Below are positions 28,601 through 43,600 of a DNA stretch of 64,000 nucleotides, piece after piece (within the stretch, counting starts at the first letter, position 1; each line of letters begins with the position of its first letter). The stretch lies in contig CM082589.2 in NCBI GenBank assembly GCA_040954595.2, forward strand, positions 329,323-393,322, given 5' to 3'. The stretch comes from Balanoglossus misakiensis. Taxonomy: Eukaryota > Animalia > Hemichordata. The translations under genes and the position numbers were made by a program. The notes below the pieces were generated by a model that saw only the letters and a list, made by a program, of their open reading frames with translations, was not told the origin of the DNA and did not search any database.

Positions 28601-31600
28601 GGATTATTTGGATCTTGACAAGTTATTTTAATCATAGACACTGTTTAAACACTACAAAAACTGAGTGATAATTGTCCAAAATTGGCAGAAAGTATGCATT
28701 TCCCTTCACTAAAAATCTTTCAGCAAAATCTTTTTCAGATATTTAACCAGTTTCATAATAGAATTAGATCACAACGCGAAGCATGAAATTGCGTATCGTG
28801 GCGAAAGTGTGCAACGGCAGAAGGCATCTGTTCATGAAAGTTGGTACATCAAGTATATTAATCTGAAAATGAAATTGGGTACCATCAGATTGAGCTTTTG
28901 GATTTAGTAGGTGGAAATGAAGAGTTTCTTCTTTCTGGCTTCTTTGGCCCAATCCTTAGATTAATGCACTCAGCCTATGAAACTCAGGAAGTGTTTTTTA
29001 TACAGAGAAACAGCAGGTGCAGTGTACTCCAAATGGCAACAAATTTCCATCTCCAAATCTCTAAGTAGATTGTACTTACCAGTACTGTTACATGTATGTG
29101 ATTTCACAAGTAATATTTTTTTAATTGCCAGCGTTTCATGAAGCAGACAAGAAAACCAGCTGTATCTTATCTAAAATTGATTATATTTGCATAAATTTAT
29201 GTGAGAACCCCCTCAATACATATCCATGAAATGGTTTCAAATGTCCATATAGTTAATAGTTAGATGGTTTAAAACATTTATAAATGATACGCTTGAATGG
29301 TCAGAGAAGTTATAATTGTCATGGCAATTATTGTGGGGGAGCTTATTGGATGATAATATGCAGAAACAAGCACCATTATGATATGATATACATTTGCTAC
29401 ACTATTTGTCAACAATGATGAATATTCATCAAATTGTTTATTACCACATAAAATAATTTGTAAGATAATAAAACTGAAATGCCATTTAGGAATAAACTCA
29501 CAATTTGAATCAATACATTGTGAAATCATATGTTTGGAGCAGCAGAGAAATAATTCTAATACAGTGTACATGCATTTACTGATGTACAGTTGCACTGCTA
29601 TCATGTGACTTCTCTAGTGTGCATAAGTCTATTGACAAGAAACAAATACTTTTAAGGTGAAAGTTGTCAGAGTTTGAAATCTCCAAAGAGCAGAAGTTTG
29701 TCTATCCTTGATAGTTCATGGGGTCTGTGATGCTTTTAAAGTGACATGGACTACTTGAATTGCGGAAAGCACTTCCTGACTGAACTGCGAGTGGTCATAA
29801 ATATACATTACTACTGGATAATTGAATTGAATTCGTTACTTAAACGTTGTTTGAAAAGGGGAACAGATATTATCTGCAAATTAAAGAGAGTAACTCATAC
29901 AGTCACATTTGTATGGTGAGTCCTTATTCTAATTTATGGAATGTTCTGTTGAAAGTGATAATCCCATTTTCCGCAATGATTCATCATGACTGACTAGGGT
30001 AAGGATTTGCAGTTAATACTCTGTCCCATCAGTAGCATGTTAATGGATCGACCATCTCCGACATCCAAAAGATACGCATGTAGTTTTATACATGAATTAT
30101 CCACTAAAACATTAAACATAAGAAATGCATTAGAAAATAAAAACTGTTTGAGAACCGTACTAAAACCTATGTGGGTCTAACTACAGCTGCCATTTACTTT
30201 TATGCATCCTAATCAAATTGATGATGGATTTTTATGAATCGAGTCTTACGAAATGAGTTGGCTCTGGCAACATTAAAGGTACATAATGGTCACACATGCA
30301 AATTTTGCTACATGCAGTTATCATGGTAATTAGTTGAGATCTAGCCTGTGAATCATGGATTTTTACTGGGTGGCCATGTGGAAAAAAAACTGCCATCAAA
30401 CGTTAATTTGGAGAGTTGGACATTCCTTTTTAATCATATATGGGTGTGGACATGGATTTCAAAGTGAACCATTATAGTGAGGTTTTGGGGAAAAGCCTAT
30501 ATAGGGAATGTAGAGCCACTTGACATGCTACTACTATGCTGTGATCTCAGAATTCTATCAGAATGCTAACAAAAGATGCTGTAATTACTGCACCAGCTGT
30601 TACCAATCACATGGACCTCGACTTTACACAGAATATCAGGCATAAGAGATAGACACCTCAATAATGTCGTCAACACACAGATTTCAATATTTTCTGTTAT
30701 AAAGCAAAGTTAACGATCACTCAATGAGTGGTTTTTATTGTAGATGTCTGAGTATTTGCCCGTCACGATAAAAGATTTATTCTAAGAGCACCCTCTTTTA
30801 AACATACTATTTTGCAATGCCCTGTCGAGATATATGGTTCTGTATCAGTGCAGATCAACATTCATTTTTCCATTACAGTTCAGTGAAGGTTTTACTAAAC
30901 ATGGTTTTAGATATTGTAATGGCAACACAACTGCATATGTTCAGGTCAAAGTCGGTAACTTTACAATGCATGGTTACAGATGAAATTTACAATTCTGACC
31001 TACATGCCTATGAGGATGGTCGGCCAGTAACAGCTTATTAAAATGCATTGTGTGTATACGGTAGCGAAGAATTATAGCTGTGATTTGCCAACCTTGATAG
31101 AGTTTTCTCTTGTAGAAATAAGTTCACCCTGTTTAGCTTATCATGAGGAAATTGATCCAAGCTGTACTATTTGTGGATTTCCTTTGCAGTTGAATTTGCT
31201 TCCATGTAATGTGCAAACATATTGCTACAGATTTTGAGTATTTTATACTTTACTATGGTTAATTAATTCATGTTTATTTTTTTCATCAAATGCTTCAACA
31301 GTTTAGAGTAATACAACATAAGAATTTTTTTTCTGAAGCTATGAAGGAAAGCAAATTGACATTGCGTTCTATTCAAACAACACATTGTAATCGAAAAGCC
31401 ATATTTTATTTCTGATATTTCGTGTCTTCTATGATATGAATTATGAGTTGAATCACTATAGAAATTAGATTTTTGAACACTGATCCATAAGACCGACCAT
31501 CAATAAGCAACAGATGGTGCTATAGAGATTTAGTAGCCAATATTGTAGTGTGATATTAAAGCCAATTGAAATCAAACAATGTAAACACCAAGGCAGACAA

Positions 31601-34600
31601 TACTGCCGCAAAGTTAATTCAGTTTTCCGGCCAATAATATAAAGTTGTTCTGTAGAAGTATTCCATGCTCTAATCACAGTATAATACATTAAGAATCAAT
31701 TATAGTATCATAAAACTTTGATGTATAACTTTTCAGCATGCGAGTCTGCATTTACTGGTACATGGCGGTAAGTCAACAGTTTTACTTCCATGCTGAACTG
31801 GAGTGCTGGGGTAGTGGGAGATTAATGTTGTGTGTTAAAACTGGCCGAGCCAGGATTTCCATAACAGAGTGTGCCTTGCAGCTTTCATTAAAATTGAAAA
31901 TGACCGCAGGGAAGATGCATGCATTCCTGGACAGCAGTGCTGATAACTTAGAGTGCAGGACTGTTACGTATTCTGCTGAAAGACAATAACACCCGAGAGA
32001 AATGGGAAAATAATGTGTAGAGTATCATAGTCAGGAAGTTGGAAACACTTTGAGACTGACGCTAATGGTATACTTAGCTTTCTGAGGTGTTGAACCCCTT
32101 GAGGCAGGCGTACATTATTACAATAATTCATACATGAAAGTTCTTATCTCTCTTGTATGATAATATTGAATTGCAAACTAGTGAGAAAAACTATCAATGT
32201 CTTGTAGTAAAGACTATAGTCTGGTATTTTTGATTTGCACGTCTGACACACACATAAATTACACATCACACATGTACATACACACACTAGTGTGAAATGT
32301 ACGGAATCGTGTGTAAAAATTTTGAGTGATTTGGTCAATTCTAAACCAAAACATAGTCATGCTCATGACCACAGTGATATGGGTGAAAGATTTAATTTTA
32401 ATTAGATTTTGTATTACGAGTGCATTTCCAATGGAATTCTGCAGTTCTAAACAAATTCACCGATTCTCATCTTCCTTCAGATCCAGTGCCTTTGATGACT
32501 CAGTGATCTACTAAAGGCACTGATCTCATCAAACCGAATTACTCTGAAACATCTCAGAAAATAAAATTATACGGCACACTTTATTGAAAGCACTTGGAAG
32601 TTATGTTTGTCCCACTTCATAAAATACACTTTAGTTGTTTTGCCTTTCAAAATCATGACTATAGGGATACATGTAAGTTTGTCTGACTTTGAAGACCTTA
32701 TGAATGGATGCACTCATCAGGAGTAATTGCTGTGGTTTGTCCGCCGTTCAATTCATGGTAATTGTGTTATTGAAAAGAGCATTGATAGTTCCTTTTAAGA
32801 GCAGTCCTCATCAGTCCGTTGGTATTAAACTGTATTAGCAGTTTCTCACGTACAAAGCAGCCACATGAGACACTGATATAAGGAATACAGTCTGTGTGTG
32901 CTTATTCGTAGTGTTCATGAATTGAAGCAGTATAACACATGTGATTTCCAAGCCTTATTCTGTTCAGCACAGTTATTCTTGATTCTTTGTGGATGTACTT
33001 TTCGATATTGAACTTTGAAATAGAAGACAAATGAACAAATGATAAAGAAATATTAGGGTACAAGATATTGCAACTAATATCAATATTTAATGCCATGCTA
33101 GCTAAATATATACAGTGTATATGGGAACATATTTAATATCTCTTGATATTGTTGTGTTGCAAGTGCATTTGGCAGCCTGATCATCATTGAATACTTGTAA
33201 AGCCAGTCAGTGAGATTAGTTGCTAGGGCTCTTGGTTGCTAGGGCTCTGGTTTCCAAGGCACTGTCTGATCAACTTTTTGATTGCCCAACTTCAACTTTC
33301 AATGCATTAGAGAAGATGTAGCTAACCAATTCAAATATACAGATTGTAGTCTTATCTTCAAGTGTGTACTCACTTTAAGGCATCCAAGTCTGTCTTTGTC
33401 TGGTCTCAGCTGGCTTTTAGGAGAGGAAATTCTGAACACAATAACCTCGGCACTAAGTTGAGTTATTTTTCAATTTCTATGTATACTTGGTTTTTAGATA
33501 ATTAAGAGAGTTTGTTACAACCACTTAAAGTTGAATACAGCCAAGTGATCACTGGAAGAGATTCTATTTAATCAGAAGACTCTTGACCAGTTTGGGATTT
33601 TCTTGTGTTGATAGACCTTGATCAGATTATATGCAACAATCAAGCAGCATTAGATGTGTCTACCTAGTTATGCTGCTTTTAAGAATTTTTAAATGACAAC
33701 ACAGAAATCAAGTTAACAAATTTCGTACTCCATTGAATATCATAAATTTAATTTTTAGTAGTCAATCAAGGAAGTCTTTTTGAATATTTACATCCAACTT
33801 AATCAATCAATCAATCATCTTCCTACCATCTTGAATCCTTACTGTAGTTGTTAACATACACGTATGCATGTTGGCAACTATAAACTACTGGATATTTTAG
33901 TATGTTTGTGATATGTACCCATATCATGCAACATATCATTTCTCAATCATTGTAATCAAGATATTTTCTAAATCACAATAATTGCAACATGCTTGCGTAT
34001 AAAAAGACTTTCTCCACCACTATAATTGTTACAAATAAGGATACTTTGGAGGAATGTTCAAGATAATATGCCTGTAGTGGCAGAACTAGTGAATTAAATT
34101 GAGTAGAACTAATGGATCTGGAGTATATTTCATTACATTACGGTAATTTACTTTGCTGAAAATCACTTCAATTTGGAAAATATTATTCTAGCGTAAACAG
34201 TGATGACTGGAAACATCCAAGATGTATATCATGTACAAACACCTCACGCTGTCTTTCTGACTGTGCACAGACACAGCCTTATTGCCATTGTCATGTCACA
34301 TTTCTACAGGCAATGATAATAATCAAATATCAATTGAGCAATCATGAGACCGGTTCTAAAATGTGTTTCCATGGTAACAGGTGCACTGTCGCCATTAGGC
34401 TGTCTTCTGTGACCTCATTGGGCGGGTTAAGCACTGAGATTTTCACAGAAAATTACCTCAGATTACACAAGAAACAGTAGAGTTTAATGGTAAACATTTC
34501 AGAGTAGCATCATCTGCAAAATTATTCAAAGATAGATGTGTCTTTGCCAGACAGTAATGCTCTCCTATCATTAGCCATCATTACTTTGCTGTTGCTATGG

Positions 34601-37600
34601 TTATCTGCCTCTGAAGCAAGACATCACTAGTAGTACCTTAAACCTGCTTCGTATCTGCCATGATTGTAGTGATGTCCCTTCAAACCAGAAGTTGCAGCAC
34701 TTTCACTCTTCTGAAGTTGTTCATTCTGTCATCATGTTTGCATTTATTTGCCAAGAACATAATTTGTTAAGATTTATTCAAGGAAAATTTCATGTTATTG
34801 GACTTAAGGCATATCAGATCACTCTAAATCTTTAGAACAAGAAGTTTAGGACATGCAAAACCAAAATTCTGAAGAAAAGAAATTGTACAAGTAACAGATT
34901 GTAGCTTCGCTATATAGGAATTAATTAGTCCATTGTCTTGTCACGTTATCCAGGTGACCAGATCTAATCTCTTAGATGTGACAAGAACATCTCCAAAAGT
35001 ATGCATCAGTCAGTTTAATTAGATCAGGCTATTTCTAATTAGACAAATGGCCTTTGATCTGTTCTTCCTATCTGCAGGAGATACATTGCTACAGACTTTT
35101 GCATTTTTATTCAGAAAAGACTGGCAATTTATATCTCTCTGGATATTCCAGTATGTACCCATAAGTATCAGCTGCAGCAATCCAATTTATTGAATTCCCA
35201 TGATGCATAGGCACTAAATGAACATGTTCCAATCTTTGTCTGGCTCTCTTTAAGCTTGCGGCAGTCTACCAATTAAACTGATGCATCCTGGGAAGAACGT
35301 AATGATTTTACACATGTTCCATGTGTTAGTGCTGTGGGCACAGATTCCATGTACTTGTCATTTCAAAGGTACACACTTTCTGCCTCAGTGTTGGTGACAA
35401 ATATCATTTGCAAACGTCAGCTTGAAATATCACCTCAACTCCATTTGAAATGAGACAGGTATAGTGCATTAAAAATTGGACAAACATGAAACGTGTGCAT
35501 GCAAATGACATCTCCATTTAGCTGTCAGTGTTAATGTGTTAATTCATGTGTAGACTGGCTCTACTGACTTCAAAGCATAGCATACCATATATGCATGTAC
35601 CTAGCATATAGTACGTTATGTGACAAAATTTTCAAAAATAGTAACACAGATCTTATAACATTTATTAGTTGTCTGTTTGATTTCTGTAAAGTTAAATTTC
35701 AGAAGAAATTATCTATGCGACATAAATCAAGAGTTTTTTAAGTCTTTAAGCAATATATATTCATTTGATTTCTTGAGAAACATGTAAGACGTACACCGTA
35801 ATGTGAAAATCTTTCATGTGTGTGAAACTTGCAGGTGATGCTATAAACATTAATTGCATAATGTGACCTGGTAGAAAGTGTTCAGGTTGTAGTTCTCAAG
35901 TGTAAACAGACATGGATATGTTTCTGGAGGCAATATCATTTTTCTGAAATCAGTCTGTAACCACTGCTTGTTAACAATGGCATAGAAACTCAGTGATTCT
36001 GCAAAACTTGCATTTCCAAATCGCAAATTGGGAAGAGTAAGTTTGCCACAGAGTATTATCAACATTGGTTTGTGTCTGCTCTGTTTTGCTAAACTGATGA
36101 CATGAGTCAAATTATGTACTGGATTTATCCCATAGTCTAGTACCAAAGGCTCATGCATACCAATCAGTAATTCTTGAAAATTTATGTTGCAATATTAGAC
36201 ACCATCCAATAATATACCATACCCTTCCCCTGACAATAAGTACAATATTACATACCAACCAAGCTTTAGAATTTTATTATTATAATTCATACAAATCAAT
36301 GACCTAATATTTGAATGAAAACACTATATTTACATCAAATTACTGCATGCAAAGTAATGCACACCATGAATTTTCTGCCCAGCAACATTTGTTATATGAA
36401 GTGTGTACCTTAGGTGACAGTGTTAGATTGAAATAACTAACCCTAGCTAATACAATCATGCCAATTCATGCAAAAAATAATTGTATATAACAGCGCAGTG
36501 TGATATTTAGTTCTAGAATAACTCATTTTTTCGCTTGTGTCTGTTACATCATATGATGAAGATCCAGTTGCGAGACAAATTCAATAAGTTTTGATTTGAC
36601 AAGCTATCAGAAAGGAATATTGAATCACAAGATTCTGTTCATTTTCAATTCAATTTTGTTGTCTGTCGACTCCGACTGACAGTTCATCTTCATAAGCTGT
36701 ACTAGGATGTCAGAAGAGTCCTGTACCATGGCTGTGTGTACATTCTACTACAGGGATGTGTGTTGATCAAGTTGCCTGTGTATAGAACTATCATTAAATG
36801 TTAATACAATTCTGATGACCATGAATTTTGACAAAATAATATATTGCACCGCACTTCTACAAAATAGTTCTTGACCTGAAAAATTCCTGGAAATCTCTGG
36901 GAAGAAAGCTGGAAAGTCCAGGAATTTTGAATGACTTGGAGCAATGTGACCTCTGGAAACTCGAGATACCCGGTGTCTTCCTGATCGCAATCAGATGACT
37001 TTGATTAAATGTAAGATCAAGGTCACCTGGTATTAAATTAGCACAGGTCAATTACTGTACTTAATCCTGAAACAGCAGTAGAGGTTTTAACAAGACTTTC
37101 AACTTCAGGAGGCCAGGCACACATGACACACAAAGGAATGTACTGTATAAAATGATAACCAGAATTATTCACATCAACACAAAGAAATGTATTGTACGGA
37201 CTCATGTTGATTTCATTCTTAGATACACCCAGCAAAGAAAGTGTTATTGAAATTCTAGACATGGTTGTTTCATATCATCAATAAACAAGTCATCCTGTCC
37301 AGGTTATGACCTCTTGTAAAATACTGATTATCATCATAAACCTAGGAGTATACCGGTATGGGGCCAGCATTTAAATACTAAATTCACATTTACAGGATCC
37401 ATGGGTTGTTGGGTCAATTTAAGCCAAAGTAGCCGTAATTCATCAAATTGTTTGTTAGAGTCATCTTCGTAACAAAATGTGACAAATGAATTAGCCATCA
37501 TCTCTGCAGTCATAAAGAGTACCTCCCAATGTTATTAATCTTAATGAATTTCATTTTATTTTGATGTGATCTTGTTTCACTGTTAAATTAGAAAATGTTT

Positions 37601-40600
37601 CCAGATTTGACAGGGTTTGGATTAGACAGGTTTTACTGTATTTTTGTTCTACATATCATCTGCAGTGTCTTGATTACCAAGAACACAGCTACTCTCCTTT
37701 TAATTAAAATTGGAGTGAATCTATCGACATGCTCTAATCTGACAAAGAATCAGCCAGCCATCAGAAAATGTAAACCTAGTGAAAATGCATTTGATAATGA
37801 AATGCCAAAGTGCATTTCTTTGCGTAAGGACTTCTAAACCATTCCCTGAAGTATCTCCTCCTATAACTTATTAATAAAAGCTCTAAGCCAATCGTGAATC
37901 TTGCTATCAAGACGCTCATTTCGCATACACACGCAAAATACTCAACTCAAAAATTTCAATGTTTGGTGGCCTGCATGATAAGATAGCGGCTACAAATATG
38001 CCGAAATATCGTCTGGCTTTTAAAGTGTTCTTGAAAAGGTTCAGGTTTTCTGACCTTATCACAGTTGGCTATCTGTGTGGCATTAGCAGGGCTTTTAACG
38101 TACCGTCAGAGTGCTGCAGTTATTGCTTGACTTTAAACCCCTTGAGATTTACAAACCCATTCAAATGATAAAACTATGTTTAGCTTTTTTTGCTCAAAGA
38201 ATCTAGTCTTAACGCTGAGAATACTGCATTAAAGTTTCAAAGATATGTTTTTCTTTCTATTTCTTGCAAATTTCTGACAAAAAATGAACAGATAATCAAA
38301 AGCTACAGCCATTATTACTTAGAGAGTTTTGAAAGAATGTTGGATTGTACATGTAAATGTAGGTGTTTTAATTTTTTTTTAAGGTTATAGGTCGACATCG
38401 AGTCAGAACATGGTGATCTGTTGACATAGTGCTAATTTGATTACAGAAATCAAAACATGCTAAATGTTGAATTGCTTGTTCAGTCAATTCCTGTGGCCAT
38501 TGAAGAATGCATTGCTTGTTTTGTCTGCCCTGTGGTAAATCCCCAAAGTTGGATGTGAATGTTTTTCATTGACTTAAATTGATGGTTTTTCTCTGCTGGA
38601 AACTTGATGTGACTGACAACCGCACATTCGACGATTCAGTCCACATGTCTGCACAAACATGAAACACCAGTACCCTCAGTGAACACCATTAAAAGCTAAT
38701 GCATGTTACAATCTTAAATATATATTTTTTGAGAATCAATATCAATTTTCATGAAAAATTTTAGGCCTTAGTGAACACAGTTTCTCAGAGATTGTCCTAG
38801 CTGTTCCGCTTGGTTTGGTATGCAGTGCTAAAAGCATGCACTCATCAAATGGAAAGTATCAAACAGACATTAACTACAAGCATTCAATATCCACTTCCAT
38901 TTAGATCACATCTTTCAAGAATTCCTCTTAACACAAATGCAAACACTGGTCAATTCACACAGTCCAAACTCAACATTCCGAACTCCATGTCAGTCTCTCT
39001 GGGTATTTCTTGTAGTAGTTGTCTTTATTCAGTAATTACAGGCCAATTCGACCCAATATAAAAACAAAACTTTGAAAACATTATGCATTCATACATGTAG
39101 AATTGAAGTGGCCCACAACATGAATTGATGAATGTTTCCACTTTTGCATAAAATGCAAATCAACCTCACCGGACTGAGGAGAATAGTGTACACATGGCAA
39201 ATGTAGAGAAGGATATCCATGAAATTAAAATTTCCATTAAACGGAAAAGCATGTAAGAAGGCTGCAAGATGTCTGATGCGAGTCTCTTTGAATGACTCAG
39301 GGATATGCAAATACAATATGCATAGAAAAGCAATGCCATCAGGGAAAACAGTCAATTCCATCGAAACTCAGCTTCGCAGCATAAATCCCTGTAGGACTGA
39401 AAAGCCAGGCTGGTTATCAGCATGGTGAAAAGATTCCAAATTGACCTAAAAAGCTGAATAAATGCACCCAAGTGAATCTACCTGCCTGAGATGAATGCTG
39501 TGATGGGTGCTTGTTAGGTCTGTCTATTGTACGGCTCCATATCTACATGCATTCAGAGTTGAATGCAAATTATAATGAATGGAGTTTGTAAGTCGATGGT
39601 CTTGATGAAATGATTCCCTGTGGTGAGAATTTTATGTAAATAGTACATCCCGCACATGCTGTGAAGTTTGAAATATCAATATCTTACTGCGGGTAGTCAG
39701 ATAATTGGACTGAAAGAGGAATAGAACAGAAATACAAGTTAAAAATACCGATGGTCTTTCACTGTAAAATCAATGGATTCATCACAAGGTCAACGGAATA
39801 ACCACACTTTCATAAAATGAGATCAATTTATTTTAAGTTGATCATAGATTTATTTATAGATTCATTTAAACTGGGTTTTAAAAGTGCATTCAGAAGGTGT
39901 CTTTTTTGTTCATCTACTTTTGAAAAGACACAGTGTCAGATTTTATCTGCTGTTGGGTTTGAAGTCAGGTAGATTAGCTCATCCCCTGCTAAGTTTGTAT
40001 TCAATGGAATCGTATGTACTTCTGCTTTGGAGGCGTGGAAATAGCACAGCTGTAGAGGAACAACTCTTCAATGAAGGATTATAAAAAGACCTTAAAGCTT
40101 CAGTTGTGATTAGAGAGCTGGTAGACGCTGTGTCTGTATAATGAAGTGTCTTTGATCACTGAAATCATTCTACCAATACTGCTCTACTGTTTAACCCTTT
40201 CACCACAATGGTTCAGTCCAAACCCATTGTGTTCTATGGTATGGTTGGACCTCGAAAGACGGAACTGGGGGTAAAAGGGTTAAGTGCAGTGCATCTGTTT
40301 TCTTTATTGTGTAAAAAAGAAGGAAAATCAGGTACTGCAAATTTATTACTCCTTATTTAATGGTTGTATACTAGCTTGCTTGCCTAATTCTGGTTGTTCA
40401 CTAGCTTCTCTGAGTATTCTGCTTATTTTGTTCTTTGTTTCATTTACAGTGAAGGTGATGCAATAGAGATCTATGCAGAGGCTGCTAAGTATAATCTTAC
40501 AGGTGAAGGCAACGTCTGGTTTGTAACCGAGCAAGCCATTTCTGGAAGAGCTCTCAAAGAAGCCCCACAAGGTAAAGACAAAGATATTGAAACGTTCAAC

Positions 40601-43600
40601 AGAATTCTGAAAAGATGCACGCAGCACGTATGAGGCAAAACCAATATACAACGCAAGAGTTGAAGAGAGGTAGTTGTGCCACATTCAACTGAAAATAACG
40701 ACTCGAAATAATTAAATTCCTGGAACAAAAATTAGAATTTCATGGGATTTGTAATTCCAGAATAGTATATAGCTCCAAGTGAAATCTATCACAGCTTCTA
40801 TAAAAGAAATCTCCATCCCACTTACAATCATAAATCTGTTTGATTTTCAAAAGAACATTTTAGCACTACCAATGGTATTATAAATTTCTGCGACATGCAA
40901 CAAGCAATTATATTTTACTAGTATTATGATTATATTGAGACTTTTATGACACTATAGGACATAAAGTACATTTTTGGTTATCAGAATTTAAATTTTAATG
41001 TAATAATATAATCTACATTACATACATATGTGCTTGTATAATCTAATAAGATTAAATTCATTTATTGTGAATTGGTAACTATGTAATCACAACCGTGAAA
41101 AATAGCATGTTCTTATTTGATTTTCTAGAATTATCCACTTAAAGTTTGAAAGCATTTTGGGAAGTTTTATTCTTTAGTTGTTTTATCAATTTATTTTGGA
41201 CAGTTTATGCCAGTAACTTTATGTTAACTAATGTGGATATTGCACTCTGTGTTAGACTGAAGTTAGACAGGCAAGTTCAGTCCAAGTTCAAAAGTGGTTT
41301 AGGCCTGACTTTAAATTTGAGCAGACCAAATCTAATCCTTCATGAGGGCTGTCGAGGCCTTATAGCTCTACTTAGACCATAAACAGTAGACTGTCGATGG
41401 TTAGAATGTAATATATGTGTAAATAAATAATCTTTATTTGTATCAAATCACTTTCTTTTAGGTGTGATTGGATTGCATCTGATAAATGGAACAAATGAAT
41501 TAGCACACACCACTGATGCTATCCACCTTGTAGCCAAAGCTTTACAGAATTTTTTTGCTGAAAACACAACTTTGCCACCTACCACATGTCAAACTTCAGG
41601 TAAATTTTGGAAAAGTGGACCAGTATTTCATAGGTAAGCTTTAATATCCTAATGAACAAGTTATTACTGGCAAACTCAGCTTGAAAACTTTTAATAGTAA
41701 AAACAAGAGTAATATCAAATGTGTTTCATGAGGGCACCAAAGCTGTTGCTTATCAAAGTCAACTTGTGTACATACACATACTGTGTGTCTCTACAAATAT
41801 GCAATGTGTGATTTCACTGTATGTTCTGCCTTAGATCACAATTAACATACAATTTTTAAATTTTCACTGTGTCTCTTCCAAAATTAAATACAGAGTATGG
41901 TCATTTTAGTGTACTGTCATGCACAATGCTTGTTGAATGATTTCAATTTCTATGAATTTCTATTGTATCTGATCTTAGGAAATTAATAGAGACGGTACTT
42001 AATGATGGTGAGACAGGGCGAATATCATTTGATCGTCATGGTGACAGAGAAGGGCCATCTTATGTGGTTGTCAATGTACAGAAGTCAGAAACAGACCAAT
42101 CAATAGCTGTGCCTGTGGGTTTCTGGGAGAAATCTCGGCTTAGAGTTGGAACAGTTGTATGGCCAGGTGGGCTATCTGGTAAACCACCAGAAGGAGTTTC
42201 ACTATCATCGAGATTACAGGTATGGAAATGACAATTCTGGGATATGACTTTATGTATTTTTAGACAAGTGTGAAAATACATGTATTTGAGAATAAAATGA
42301 TTTATAGAAACTCATTCAGGAAGCCACAAACTTGGATCGGTATATGTTCTGGAATATAAAAAACCACCTCTGGGAGTGGTGCAAAGTACCAGAAAAATAA
42401 ATTTACTTGCAAAATTTGCCATTTCATTACCCCTAATATATGACTCTAACATCCTGATATTTTTAATACCAATGTGCAAGTGAAGATGAGAAAGATGGGA
42501 ATAAAAAATTTACAAGAATTATTTAATGGTAATTTGAAGATTATTCACCTTATTTTCAGATCACAACCATACTGACTCCACCGTTTGTGTTTGTGGATCC
42601 GCCAAACAGTGAGGGCAGTTGTAGTGATCATGTGAATGCTGTAGAATGTGCTCAGTTCAATGCTTCAGGTCACTGTGAGTATATGAAACAAGGTTTAACC
42701 CTTTCACTCTCATGGTTTGGTTCAACTCCATAGTTCTCAATGGCAGTGTTGGACCTTTATACTGGGAAATGGGGATGAAAGGTTTAAAGTAAGATGGTTA
42801 CTAAAATCTTATGTCCCCATAAATCATTTTTCATGTAACTACCAGTAAATATTAGAATTTGATTTTTTTTCAGGGAACACTATGTGCTGTCGAGGTTTCT
42901 GTATAGACTTACTTGTAAAACTTGCAGACAATTTAACTTTTACCTATGATGTTCATTTGGTGCCTGATGGCTTTTATGGACAAATGGAGATTATATCTCC
43001 TGGCAGACAAAATGGGGTAAGTCAGATTGTGACTCTCTCAATGGAGCAAATCATTTGCCTGTCATGATAATTTAAGTCAAATCATAGAATGCAGGAAATA
43101 TGCAATGTGTCTGCGTCTCAGAAAGATTGTGTTTCGATACAATGGTGTAACATTGTGAAGATGACTATCCTGTTAATAGTCACTACCTTTCGTTCTTATT
43201 GGATGTTATTGTCATTACAGGGAAGTGGTACTACAAGAAAATCTTGGAATGGTATGGTTGGTGAATTAGTGGATGGTGTAGCTGATATGATTGTGGCACC
43301 ATTAACAATTAATAATGAAAGAGCTCAGTATATTGATTTCTCTGTGCCGTTTAAATATCAGGGATTAACTATTCTTGTGAAAAAGGTAAGTGCAATACAG
43401 AAATCATATCTACATACATGTACATGTATGCACAGTTGTTAAAAGTGTGTTTTGTAAACAGGACTACAGGTATAAGACCCTAAAATGCCTGGCTAATCCT
43501 GAAAAATGAAAAATATATTGTAAGCTTTGGTTTGTTTTAGATTGGGCCATTTAAATATTCAGGCTATGGGTATAGACAAACATATGAAAGAAAATAATAA

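Larger units (their letters stand above)
26338..40449 (+). other. 14.1-kb GluN1 intron
   Basis: A phase-2 donor at 26338 joins the acceptor at 40449, giving ...LYAS-EGDA... colinear with human SAS-EDDA. Confidence 0.88.
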
